The translations under genes and the position numbers were made by a program. From assembly GCA_049509455.1 (NCBI GenBank), contig JBEKZX010000019.1, positions 1 to 31,252 of the forward strand: a stretch of 31,252 bases of DNA. Reading direction: 5' to 3'. Under the pieces are notes generated by a model, which saw nothing but the letters and a program-made list of their open reading frames with translations, did no database searches and was not told where the DNA came from. Shown here piece after piece: positions 9,527 to 17,975 of this stretch. The stretch's first letter is position 1, and each line of letters begins with the position of its first letter. Source of the DNA: Conexivisphaerales archaeon. Lineage in GTDB: Archaea; Thermoproteota; Nitrososphaeria; Conexivisphaerales; DTJL01.

Positions 9527-9792
9527 CCTCATATCAGTGGGTGTACGACTTTTGATTAAAGGCATCATTGTTTGGGTGCGATACGTTAAAGTAAGGCCTG
9601 CAACTACTACTAATTTGTCCGCGCGCTGTCTGGTGGCGATGTGACACAGGCTGCTAAAGAGTGCTTGTGCGCAATCCGGCTCCCTGATCAGGAGACGGAG
9701 GATGAATCCGGCTCGAAAGGCGGCTCGTAACACGGAACCACTGGCCCTTGCGCGAAAGCCCGAAGGGCCGTAGTAAGGGCGGGGAAAGGCGG

Positions 9793-9963
9793 ATGCGTAC
9801 GCCGCGGCGGGGCTCTGCCCCAAAGAGTCGTGTGCGGAAGTCTGGAACCGCTCGGTCGAAAGCTCCGAAGGCGTTCAAACTGTGGGATTTTGCGCGCGGG
9901 CCGGACCGAATCCCAGCCTGTGGCCTGTGTCGTCAAGTTAAAGAAAGAGGCTATCTGCCCTAG
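9793..9963 (+). CDS. small basic protein with CxxC, 56 aa (putative)
   Basis: MRTPRRGSAPKSRVRKSGTARSKAPKAFKLWDFARGPDRIPACGLCRQVKERGYLP; purine-rich SD-like leader; its stop overlaps the convergent V4R stop in CTAG (9960-9963). Confidence 0.4.
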   Translation: MRTPRRGSAPKSRVRKSGTARSKAPKAFKLWDFARGPDRIPACGLCRQVKERGYLP

Positions 9964-10412
9964 CTTACATCGATTTCGAATTCGCAAGCCTTGGAGCCGA
10001 CGCCCATGCCTCTGGTGAGGCCCTTGACCCTGACGGTGCGACCCGTCTTCCTATGCAGTGCGGCCTCCAGTATGCCCTCCCTGAGCGGGCAAGTGACCAC
10101 GCCTCCTTCCAGGTCGGGGTCCTTTTCGCAGCCGAGGCAGTTGGACACCTCCAAGACCAGGGGCTTCCAGCTCTTGACGCGCGACTGTCCAAGGTCCTCA
10201 ACTTCGAGCATCTTGTTTAGAGAGTTCACCACGTCGGGGACCTTCTCCCCCTCGATCTTTTCAGCCAGAATCTCGCCGAACTCCCTGCCGATGAGTCGCA
10301 TAACCTTGGCGGAGGGAAGCCCCGTCACGCTCTGGAGATTGCGAAGTGCCATGGCGTAGACGTCGATGTCCCTGTCCATCTTGGCCTTTGGCATGTAAGT
10401 CTTCACCACCAT
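9960..10412 (-). CDS. stand-alone V4R (4-vinyl reductase) domain protein
   Basis: IGREFGEIL helix, LEVSNCLGC, CPLREGILEAAL and KACEF Cys pattern. Confidence 0.78.
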   Translation of the reverse strand: MVVKTYMPKAKMDRDIDVYAMALRNLQSVTGLPSAKVMRLIGREFGEILAEKIEGEKVPDVVNSLNKMLEVEDLGQSRVKSWKPLVLEVSNCLGCEKDPDLEGGVVTCPLREGILEAALHRKTGRTVRVKGLTRGMGVGSKACEFEIDVS

Positions 10413-10600
10413 TGAGGAGAGACGACCTAAAATGCTTAACTGTAGTACTTTGCGGTTAGAAAACGGCGTTCAAAGCAAGGCCTAAGCTGGGTCACCTAGG
10501 GCGGGAGTATTGTCCACGTTAAGTCTAGACTCATAATGGTTGGTTCGCGGAGGCGGGGCGGATTCCTGGCCGAATGCATACTTGTTTCAGTCCATGCTAG

Positions 10601-10608
10601 TTTAAGTA
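10601..10608 (+). promoter_or_regulatory. TATA box for the ORF at 10634
   Basis: TTTAAGTA about 26 nt before TTG 10634 (leaderless geometry). Confidence 0.45.
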
Positions 10609-10633
10609 TTGCGCCTCGGCTGAGCAAAACGCT

Positions 10634-10858
10634 TTGGTAGGCCTTCCAGGCGTGACTTTCAGTAGGAAGGAGGGCACGATTCTGCATGAAGTGCAAGAGA
10701 ACCTGCGCCTCCTAAGGGAGACAGAGCAGGAGATTCCGGGCCTCGTCGCAGTCGTGGTTGAAGGCGACGGCGCCTCCTGCCGCAGCAGGAGAGACCGGAT
10801 TTTCGAGCTCGAATCGAACGCCGCCGCCCTTGCTGCTATTATCCTTCCCCTCGTGTGA
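10634..10858 (+). CDS. Roadblock/LC7 (MglB)-like protein, apparently C-terminally truncated
   Basis: LRETEQEIPGLVAVVVEGDG...ESNAAALAAIILPLV resembles the alpha1-beta1-DG-beta2-alpha2 half of Roadblock/LC7; a stop follows alpha2. Confidence 0.4.
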   Translation: MVGLPGVTFSRKEGTILHEVQENLRLLRETEQEIPGLVAVVVEGDGASCRSRRDRIFELESNAAALAAIILPLV

Positions 10859-11000
10859 TCCCGGCTCCTGAAGAGACGTCGCCTCCCCTATGGAGACCAT
10901 GGAGACGACTCCTAACTGACCCCTCCTCGGAATGGTTCCTCTTAGCTACGAATTGGCTTGACAACCGGAACCCACTGTTATAGCTCCAGGCTCAGGACAG

Positions 11001-11474
11001 TCATTGCCCGAACGGTGGCGCGCCGCAGTTGGGGCAAGCGCGGTCCCGTGCTGGGTCCACCAACGTGCCGCAGAACTTGCATGGAATCTTGACGATTTCC
11101 TCCTTCACTACGACGTTGGGTTCCGGCTCTGCAATTTCACCCGAAATCGCGTCGTTGACCTTTGTCACCCATACGTCAGGCGTAGCGAGGTCGGATATCT
11201 TCACTCGTCTCAGGCCAAAGCCTATGGATCCTCTCTTGGTCGCTATGATCAGATTTGTGGCAAGCGGCCCAAGTCCGAACCGAGGTCGCTCGACTATGAC
11301 GTTCTCGACGGTCGGGAGTGGAATGTCAAGAGAGACGTACGTGCCTTTCGTAATCAAACCCTTCTCGTACTCGAATAAGATTCGCCTGTTGGTGAGATAG
11401 AGCACTCCGACCGTTCCCGAGAACCTTGCCTTGCCGGCTAGAAGCGCATGTTCTCCACGGGCGAATGTCGGCAA
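11001..11474 (-). CDS. PH/GRAM-like domain protein with C-terminal zinc ribbon
   Basis: GVLYLTNRRILFE, LDIPLPTVENV and terminal helix PDVWVTKVNDAI fit a PH-like fold; CKFC...CPNC zinc ribbon. Confidence 0.72.
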   Translation of the reverse strand: MPTFARGEHALLAGKARFSGTVGVLYLTNRRILFEYEKGLITKGTYVSLDIPLPTVENVIVERPRFGLGPLATNLIIATKRGSIGFGLRRVKISDLATPDVWVTKVNDAISGEIAEPEPNVVVKEEIVKIPCKFCGTLVDPARDRACPNCGAPPFGQ

Positions 11475-11648
11475 CTACTTGTGCATCTCTATGCCGCAAT
11501 CAGGGCACGCTGGCTTCTTGAACACCATGCCGACCTTGGGTGAGCAATCGGTACAGAACACCTTCTGGCACCGAGGGCACTGCCAGCTGGTGGGCTTGCC
11601 GAATCCTCCGACCTGTTTTCCACATTTCGCACAGAACCCACGAGTCAA
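11475..11648 (-). CDS. 57-aa eight-Cys FYVE/RING-like zinc finger protein
   Basis: CAKC-x14-CPRC-x4-CTDC-x12-CPDC. Start placed at TTG 11648 because the TATA-like AACCTTAAA (11684-11692) sits only 3 nt from the ORF-track ATG 11681. Confidence 0.72.
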   Translation of the reverse strand: MTRGFCAKCGKQVGGFGKPTSWQCPRCQKVFCTDCSPKVGMVFKKPACPDCGIEMHK

Positions 11649-11821
11649 GTTGCTATCGCAACGATGTTCTGTACGATTCATTGTTTAAGGTTTGCTAGTC
11701 GTGGGTTCTGGGACGACTTCGGTTGCTGTGCGTACCTGCACCATCGCCGAACGACCGACGACGACACGGAACCTAGACAAATAAGACAATAATACCGAAA
11801 GCGGATAGAATGCTTGTAGAG

Positions 11822-12439
11822 TCATGCGGCAGGGGGAAGTTTGACGTAGGTGACGAGGCCGGCCTCCTCCACCCGGGTTAGCGATTTGATGAGGCTAACG
11901 ATGTCGATGCCGTGGTAGGCTGCTCCCCCGAAGCTAACTAGCCTGAGGCGCGCCCTATGGAGCACCGACAGGGCTACGGCCTCCTCGCCCTTCTGTTTGT
12001 GGACGTAGGCAGCAGCCAGCAGTATCAGTCCTTGCAGCACTTCCTTCTCCGGGTCCCCCCTCTTCAACCCCCTCCAGATGGACTCCAGCTCTTCGTGCAC
12101 CTCCCAGAACCTCTCCTCCGCGTACATCTCCTTGGAAAGAGAGATTATCTGACCGAGAGAGCGTGCCCCTTCGTCCGCGCCCAAGTCCCTGACGCTCAGG
12201 ACGAGCCCAAGGGCGGCCGACACGGTTTTCACGTCCTTCTCGATGGCGCCCGGGTCATCCTCATAGAGGTCGAACTCGATGGCGACCCTAGAGATCCTGA
12301 AGTTCTCATGGCGCGGAAGTTGGCTCGCTGCCAGCTTCGCCTTTGTCTCCTCTATGAATTCCTTGGAAGCGGGACCGCCGTCGTTCCTCACACGGACAAT
12401 GAATCTCAAGTCTGCATCTCCTGGTGGTCGCAGGACCAT
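11822..12439 (-). CDS. DUF309 domain protein with N-terminal extension
   Basis: ERFWEVHEELESIW and VLQGLILLAAAYVH DUF309 motifs. Confidence 0.85.
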   Translation of the reverse strand: MVLRPPGDADLRFIVRVRNDGGPASKEFIEETKAKLAASQLPRHENFRISRVAIEFDLYEDDPGAIEKDVKTVSAALGLVLSVRDLGADEGARSLGQIISLSKEMYAEERFWEVHEELESIWRGLKRGDPEKEVLQGLILLAAAYVHKQKGEEAVALSVLHRARLRLVSFGGAAYHGIDIVSLIKSLTRVEEAGLVTYVKLPPAA

Positions 12440-12457
12440 CGATCATGCCGCCTAATC

Positions 12458-14587
12458 CTAAACGCCCTCCTTTGATGGAGGCCGCCGAAGGGCGAGGCTG
12501 GCCATCATAACCTCGGGGTCGGTGGTGGGGAGCAGACATGCTCGGTTCTGACACACGTACGCCGTGGCCGCTCCTCTCACGGGGACCATCGATGCGGAGA
12601 AGGGCGCCACTTTGACCAGCAAATCATCTCCGACATCACGGAAGAGGATGACCGCGTTGGGCAGGAACGCGCCCTCGATGCGCTCCAACATCGCGGAGGC
12701 GTCCGGGCTTCCTTTACGGCCAGATATCACAATTTCGTTGGAAGGGCCGAAGAAATAATCGAGGGCAGAGAGCAGCATGGTGTATCCTGACGGCGCCAGC
12801 ACCACCATCTCGTTTGCTGCCTTGAGGGTGTCGACGGCAGTTCGCTCTGGATCCGCATCTGATGTGATTGAGGCCAACCTTAAGAGGTCGTAAGAGGCCA
12901 CCGAATTCCCCGAAGGGGTGGCGCCGTCGTGGAAGAGCTTCTGGCGGACCAAGACCTCTTCGGCATCGTCAGCAGTAAAGAAGAAGCCCCCTGACGAGTC
13001 GTCCCAAAAGTGAGCAATCATCTCCTTGGCCAAGGCCAGCGCCGACTTCAGCTGGCTGACGTCGAAGCTAGCCTCGTAAAGCTCGAGGAGCCCCCAGATG
13101 ATGAAGGCGTAGTCGTCGAGGCTCCCCCTCGTCGACGCCCTTCCTTTGAACATGTGAAGGAGGCGCCCCTCCTTGTCTTGCATCTTCGACAGGATGAAAT
13201 CCGATATCCCCTTCGCCTCGTCGGCGTATTCCTTTCGTCCTAGGGCGCGTGAAGCTTTCGCCAGGGCCGCCATGACCAGGCCGTTCCAATCGGCGAGAAT
13301 CTTCTCATCCTTCTTCGGATGCTCCCGGAGCTCTCTTACAGCCAAGAGCCTGGCCCGGGCCTGCCTCAGCTTCGCTTCGAAGGCCCTCGTCGACATCCCT
13401 AGCTCTCCCGCCCACTCTCTTGCCGGCCGCCTCATCTGAAGGACGCTCATGACTGGGCCATCTTCCTCTTCCTTGGAGTTGGGTCGAGTTGGCTTCCGCA
13501 CGCCGAAGACCTTGGAGAGGAGCTCCGCCTCCTCGTCGCCTAGACAGGAGCGGAATTTGTCCCAGGTCCAGAGATAGAACCGACCCTCCAGACCCTCGCT
13601 GTCGGCGTCCTCCGAGGCGAAGAACCCCCCCTCGGCGGACTTCAAGTTACGAAGAAGATACTCCACGGTGTCCTCAACGACCTTCGCGAATTCGGCCCGG
13701 CGCGTCACCTGGAACGCCTCGGAGTAGGCCATTACCATCATGGCTTGATCATAGAGCATCTTCTCGAAATGTGGTACTTCCCACCTCCTGTCGGTGGAAT
13801 ACCGGTGGAAGCCGTGGCCAAGCTGGTCTTGGAGCCCACCCGAGCTCATGGCGGTTAGCGACTTCTCAACCATCTTCAGTGCGCGCGCATCGCCTGTCCT
13901 GAGCCAATATCGGAGCAGGAACATGTAGTTATGGGGCACGGGGAACTTCGGGGCGTCTCCGAACCCCCCGTCCTCCTTGTCGAAGGCCTGGTTAAGCTCA
14001 CCGAAGGCGAGCTTGAGGTAGGCTTCGTCGGGGTCGCCGGGGACGATGCTGGCGGCAGAGGCGGCCAGAGATGAGGCGATCTGGTCGGCTGACTCAGTGA
14101 GGTCCACCCTTTCTTCCTTCCACATCTTCTTGACCCTGGGCACCAGCCGGAGCATGCCCATCCTACCGAAGGAGTCCTCCTTCGGGATGAAGGTCGCAGC
14201 CATGAATGGCTTCTTCTCGGGAGTCATGATGATGGTCAGGGGCCAGCCTCCGCTCCCCGTCATCATCTGGCAGACGGACATGTAGACAGCGTCTACGTCT
14301 GGCCTCTCCTCCCTGTCTACCTTGATGTTCACAAAAGCGTCGTTCATCATCTGGGCGACCCCCGGGTCCTCGAACGATTCCTCCCTCATCCTGTGGCACC
14401 AGTGGCAGCTGGAGTAACCGATGGAAAGGAAGATGGGCTTGTCTTCAGACTTCGCCTTCTTGAAGGCTCCATCGCCCCACGGGTACCAGTCTACGGGGTT
14501 AGTGGCGTGCTCTTGAAGGTAGGGACTCCTTTCTCCTGCCAAATGGTTCCTGACCTTTCGGTGTGAGGCCCGTTTCTCTGAAGACAT
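12458..14587 (-). CDS. YyaL/SSP411 family thioredoxin-domain + (alpha/alpha)6 barrel protein
   Basis: [58 protein letters not shown] and DGATPSGNS. Confidence 0.93.
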   Translation of the reverse strand: MSSEKRASHRKVRNHLAGERSPYLQEHATNPVDWYPWGDGAFKKAKSEDKPIFLSIGYSSCHWCHRMREESFEDPGVAQMMNDAFVNIKVDREERPDVDAVYMSVCQMMTGSGGWPLTIIMTPEKKPFMAATFIPKEDSFGRMGMLRLVPRVKKMWKEERVDLTESADQIASSLAASAASIVPGDPDEAYLKLAFGELNQAFDKEDGGFGDAPKFPVPHNYMFLLRYWLRTGDARALKMVEKSLTAMSSGGLQDQLGHGFHRYSTDRRWEVPHFEKMLYDQAMMVMAYSEAFQVTRRAEFAKVVEDTVEYLLRNLKSAEGGFFASEDADSEGLEGRFYLWTWDKFRSCLGDEEAELLSKVFGVRKPTRPNSKEEEDGPVMSVLQMRRPAREWAGELGMSTRAFEAKLRQARARLLAVRELREHPKKDEKILADWNGLVMAALAKASRALGRKEYADEAKGISDFILSKMQDKEGRLLHMFKGRASTRGSLDDYAFIIWGLLELYEASFDVSQLKSALALAKEMIAHFWDDSSGGFFFTADDAEEVLVRQKLFHDGATPSGNSVASYDLLRLASITSDADPERTAVDTLKAANEMVVLAPSGYTMLLSALDYFFGPSNEIVISGRKGSPDASAMLERIEGAFLPNAVILFRDVGDDLLVKVAPFSASMVPVRGAATAYVCQNRACLLPTTDPEVMMASLALRRPPSKEGV

Positions 14588-14748
14588 TTCCTTGCATCTT
14601 TACCCGAAGTGGACAGATAACACTATTGCTGGAAACGAACGACGTTTTCCATCCGGAGCATTAAGAGAACGCCGAAGCACTTCGCACACGGCAAGTCGTG
14701 GATAACAATTAAATAACGAAACCTGCTTTCGAAAGCCTGCGTCGGTAG

Positions 14749-14916
14749 ATGGCCAACAGAGAAGAAATCATGTTTCAGATCGAAATCCTTTACGACTTTG
14801 CGGACGATGCCAAGAACCTGGACGACTATGTCGCGGGAAAGATATCGACCAACTTCCGCATCCCCCTGGAGGAGGCCAAGGAGTACGTCCAGGAGTACAA
14901 GACCCTGCCTAAGTGA
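14749..14916 (+). CDS. small helical hypothetical protein, 55 aa (not in ORF track)
   Basis: MANREEIMFQIEILYDFADDAKNLDDYVAGKISTNFRIPLEEAKEYVQEYKTLPK; strong GC3; TTAAATAA at 14709-14716. Confidence 0.75.
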   Translation: MANREEIMFQIEILYDFADDAKNLDDYVAGKISTNFRIPLEEAKEYVQEYKTLPK

Positions 14917-14926
14917 CCTTTGGCGG

Positions 14927-15385
14927 TCACCCTAGCTGCTGTTCCAGCCTAGCAATCCGGTCCGCATCTGCCTTCAACACCGACTTGAGCACCTCCACCC
15001 TGGCGGAGTTCGCAGGGTCGACCATGGAGACCACTAGCGCCAGGAGGGTAACCTCCCTCTGTAACCCAGATATGACGCTCCTCGAGGTCTTCGCGAGCTC
15101 GGACCTGCCGGCGTCGGTGGTGATGTAGGCCTTCCGGCCCGGTCCGCTGTCGCTCATCATTACCAGGAGGCCTTTGTCCTTCAGTTCGTTCATCAGGAAA
15201 TAGACCGAGCCCGGGCTGGGATCCCACAGGCCGCCGGTCTTGGCCCGGACGTCCGCCGCCAACTCGGCCCCCGTTACCGGATACTTCGAAGCATATGCGA
15301 GGACGACGCACCTTAAGAGGCCTTGAGGTGCCTTGAAGACAAGAGTGAAGTTCAATTCGACTGGCCTCTCTTGGCGCTGAGCCAT
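14927..15385 (-). CDS. PadR family transcriptional regulator
   Basis: LLRCVVLAY...GAEL...PSPGSVYFLMNELKDKGLL...YITTDAG winged HTH. True start may be TTG 15355. Confidence 0.88.
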   Translation of the reverse strand: MAQRQERPVELNFTLVFKAPQGLLRCVVLAYASKYPVTGAELAADVRAKTGGLWDPSPGSVYFLMNELKDKGLLVMMSDSGPGRKAYITTDAGRSELAKTSRSVISGLQREVTLLALVVSMVDPANSARVEVLKSVLKADADRIARLEQQLG

Positions 15386-15471
15386 GATATATACGATTGT
15401 CCGGGGCGTCGCGCCTTCTCACCCGAATTGTGGAACCGCGGCTGGACTTGCTGGCGCCCGACGAGGGAACA

Positions 15472-15498
15472 ACCCTTATAGAGGCAAAGCGAAAAGAA
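15472..15498 (+). promoter_or_regulatory. promoter core of the HAD gene (near-identical to 21551-21575)
   Basis: ACCCTTATAGAGGCAAAGCGAAAAGAA; TATA about 27 nt before TTG 15507. Confidence 0.55.
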
Positions 15499-15506
15499 AT
15501 GGCAAC

Positions 15507-16667
15507 TTGGCCCAGCTTCAATGGTCTTCGTTCGCCACGGGGGAGGGCGAGGCTAAGTACCAGACTGCTCTGCTTCCGCCACTGAAAGAGTCCGACGCCA
15601 TCATCATGGACTGTGACGGAACGCTCGTAGAGATTTCTCGCTCCTACGACGAAGCTATCTATACCACGGTCGAACTCATCTTCCAGTCACTCACCGGCAG
15701 AAGGCCCGGCAGGGGCCCCCTCCGAGAGGCTGCATTCGAGCTCAGGAAATCGGGTGGATTCAACAATGACTGGGACACCGCCTACGCGATCGTCATGGGC
15801 CTACTTTCGGGTCTCCCTGACGAACCACTGGAGACGTTTGTCAAGAACCTCAGCCGTGAGGGCGATGAACCGCTTTCATTGCGCTCCTTGATTCTAGCCA
15901 AGTGCAGACCTGCGGAGTACGACGAAGAGGAGGTCATCGATGGACTTCGCGATGTCGTGTCGTACGCTGATGAGGCAGGAGCGAAATCCGTCGACGACGG
16001 CCTCGAGAAGCTCTACAAGGGCAAGGGTAAGCTGCAGCTACTGCGGGAGATGAAGGCGCTCTTTAGGTACCCTGGGATGCCTGGCGAATCCCTGATACCC
16101 GGCCTCTTCGACGAGCTCTACCTAGGCTCGCCTCTCTTTCAGAGCGTCTACGGTGTCAAGCCCTCGCTCTGCGTCTCGAGAGGGCTCATCGACGACGAGT
16201 CGCTCATCGTCAAGAAGGACACGCTCGACTACATGAAGAAGCGATTCAGCCGTGGCCTAGGCCTTGCGACGGGGAGGACGCGGCCGGCGGCGCAGAAGAC
16301 GATCGGGACCATTCTGAAGGACTACTTCAGCGACGGGAAGGCGTTGACCTTCAGCGACGACCTTTTCATCGAATACGAGCGCAGAAGAGCTAATGGAACG
16401 AACGCCTGGCCCGGAAAGCCCGACCCCTTCGCCCTGCAGCGCACCATGGGAGGCCTCCCTGGCTACCGTCGGCTGATATTCGTGGGAGACTCCATGGAGG
16501 ACCTGAAGATGTGCTCAAGGGTCGAGGGATACGGGGACAGCATATTGTTCATCGCAGTGTATAGACACACCTTCAATCCCAATGCGACGGCCAAGGTCTT
16601 CTTCGAGAACAAGGTGGCTGCAGTGCTCCCGACCATCAACGAACTGAAGGAACTCCTGGGCAACTAG
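15507..16667 (+). CDS. HAD superfamily hydrolase (TIGR01548-like, large cap)
   Basis: MDCDGTL motif I, GGFNNDWD, ATGR motif II, KPDP motif III, GDSMED motif IV. Start at TTG 15507 from TATA spacing; the ORF-track start overlaps padR. Confidence 0.85.
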   Translation: MAQLQWSSFATGEGEAKYQTALLPPLKESDAIIMDCDGTLVEISRSYDEAIYTTVELIFQSLTGRRPGRGPLREAAFELRKSGGFNNDWDTAYAIVMGLLSGLPDEPLETFVKNLSREGDEPLSLRSLILAKCRPAEYDEEEVIDGLRDVVSYADEAGAKSVDDGLEKLYKGKGKLQLLREMKALFRYPGMPGESLIPGLFDELYLGSPLFQSVYGVKPSLCVSRGLIDDESLIVKKDTLDYMKKRFSRGLGLATGRTRPAAQKTIGTILKDYFSDGKALTFSDDLFIEYERRRANGTNAWPGKPDPFALQRTMGGLPGYRRLIFVGDSMEDLKMCSRVEGYGDSILFIAVYRHTFNPNATAKVFFENKVAAVLPTINELKELLGN

Positions 16668-16727
16668 CGGAGCGCTTTGCAGTAACGCTTTAATGCAATC
16701 AGACGACAGTTCTCTGCGAAGCGAGCG

Positions 16728-17159
16728 ATGGAACAATCCGCGGGAGGCATCATCTTCTACAGGACGGCTAAGGGAGAACCCCTCTTTTTGCTGATGATTA
16801 ACAGGAAGGGCTACTTGGAGTTCCCGAAGGGCCATCTGCAGCGGGGAGAGACGGACCTCATGGCTGCAAAGCGTGAGGTCAACGAAGAGACCGGTCTTTC
16901 GCAGATAAAGGTCCTCCAAGGCTTCAAGACGATGATCAACTATCGCTTTCAGAGGATCGGGAGGGAGACCGAGAAGCAGGTAGTCTTCTTCCTGATGGAG
17001 ACAAGGCCGCAGAACGTGGTCATCTCCGAGGAGCATCAAGGTTTTATGTGGCTCCCCTACGAAGAGGCGATGTCGAAGCTCAGCTACAACAACGCCCGGA
17101 ATGTTCTCTCCGAGGGCTACGCTTTCCTCAACGGCCTCAGGGGGCTTTGGCGCCAGTGA
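16728..17159 (+). CDS. Nudix hydrolase, Ap4A-hydrolase-like
   Basis: FPKGHLQRGETDLMAAKREVNEETGL Nudix box; SEEH...WLPYEEA. Confidence 0.92.
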   Translation: MEQSAGGIIFYRTAKGEPLFLLMINRKGYLEFPKGHLQRGETDLMAAKREVNEETGLSQIKVLQGFKTMINYRFQRIGRETEKQVVFFLMETRPQNVVISEEHQGFMWLPYEEAMSKLSYNNARNVLSEGYAFLNGLRGLWRQ

Positions 17160-17908
17160 ACCTCCCTGAAATCGTCGAGGGCCTGCCTCCTACGGTCCTG
17201 ACTTACCACAAGGAACCTTATGCCGCCAAGGCGGAGGGAAGGATCCTAAGGGCGGTCAAAGAGCAGGGAGCGAACTACTATGTCGTTCTTGCTTCTACCA
17301 TCTTCCATCCTAAAGGGGGAGGTCAGCCCAGCGACACAGGTACTTTGAAGGGGGAGGCCTTCACCATGCAGGTTAAGAAGGCGCTTAAGGCCGGCGACCA
17401 CGTCATCCTCTATGGTAAATGCGCGCGAGCTCCCACCGAGGGGCCCTGCACTCAGGAGCTGGAGTGGGGGAGAAGGCTGCTCTATATGCGACGCCACACT
17501 GCCGCCCACCTCTTCGACGGCGTGCTGGCCCAGGCCACGTCAAAATCATATGAACCCCTAGACTCCTGGCTGGGAGACGACGCCTACGTGGCCTACCGGG
17601 GCGAGCCTCCCGACGAGGCCATAATGGCTCGTCTTGCGGAGGCGGCCAACGGGGCCATCTCTGAGGGGAGAGCGGTCACCATCGATGTAGTCAAGCCTGA
17701 GAACCTAACTGGACTCCGCCAGTTCTGGTCCGACGCGCTTCAAGGACAGAGGGAGATCAGGCTCGTAAGAGTGAAGGGTTTCGACCCAATCCCGTGCGCC
17801 GGCACGCACGTCAAGAACCTAAAGGACGTGAGGGGCGTCCGTATCATCGCAACCGAAAGAACAACTGAGGGGTTCAGGATCCACTTCGATGTGGCACCAG
17901 TGGAATAG
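17156..17908 (+). CDS. alaX: AlaX-M type alanyl-tRNA editing protein
   Basis: TIFHPKGGGQPSDTG, HTAAH and PCAGTHV zinc-editing motifs; GTGA overlap with the Nudix stop. Confidence 0.9.
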   Translation: MNLPEIVEGLPPTVLTYHKEPYAAKAEGRILRAVKEQGANYYVVLASTIFHPKGGGQPSDTGTLKGEAFTMQVKKALKAGDHVILYGKCARAPTEGPCTQELEWGRRLLYMRRHTAAHLFDGVLAQATSKSYEPLDSWLGDDAYVAYRGEPPDEAIMARLAEAANGAISEGRAVTIDVVKPENLTGLRQFWSDALQGQREIRLVRVKGFDPIPCAGTHVKNLKDVRGVRIIATERTTEGFRIHFDVAPVE

Positions 17909-17975
17909 GGAAGCGACCGCCGAGCTTCGACAGTATGCGTTTTTATATTCGTAGAAGCTACCCGAACGAAAAGAA

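Noticed and set aside
9560-9630. DKLVVVAGLTLTYR, weakly like thymidine kinase VIVAGLDxDFR
   Set aside because: No flanking TK motifs (Walker A, DEAQF, Zn Cys).
15384-15506. N-terminal extension of the HAD ORF given by the track
   Set aside because: It overlaps the padR start and contains the HAD TATA box; the true start is likely TTG 15507.
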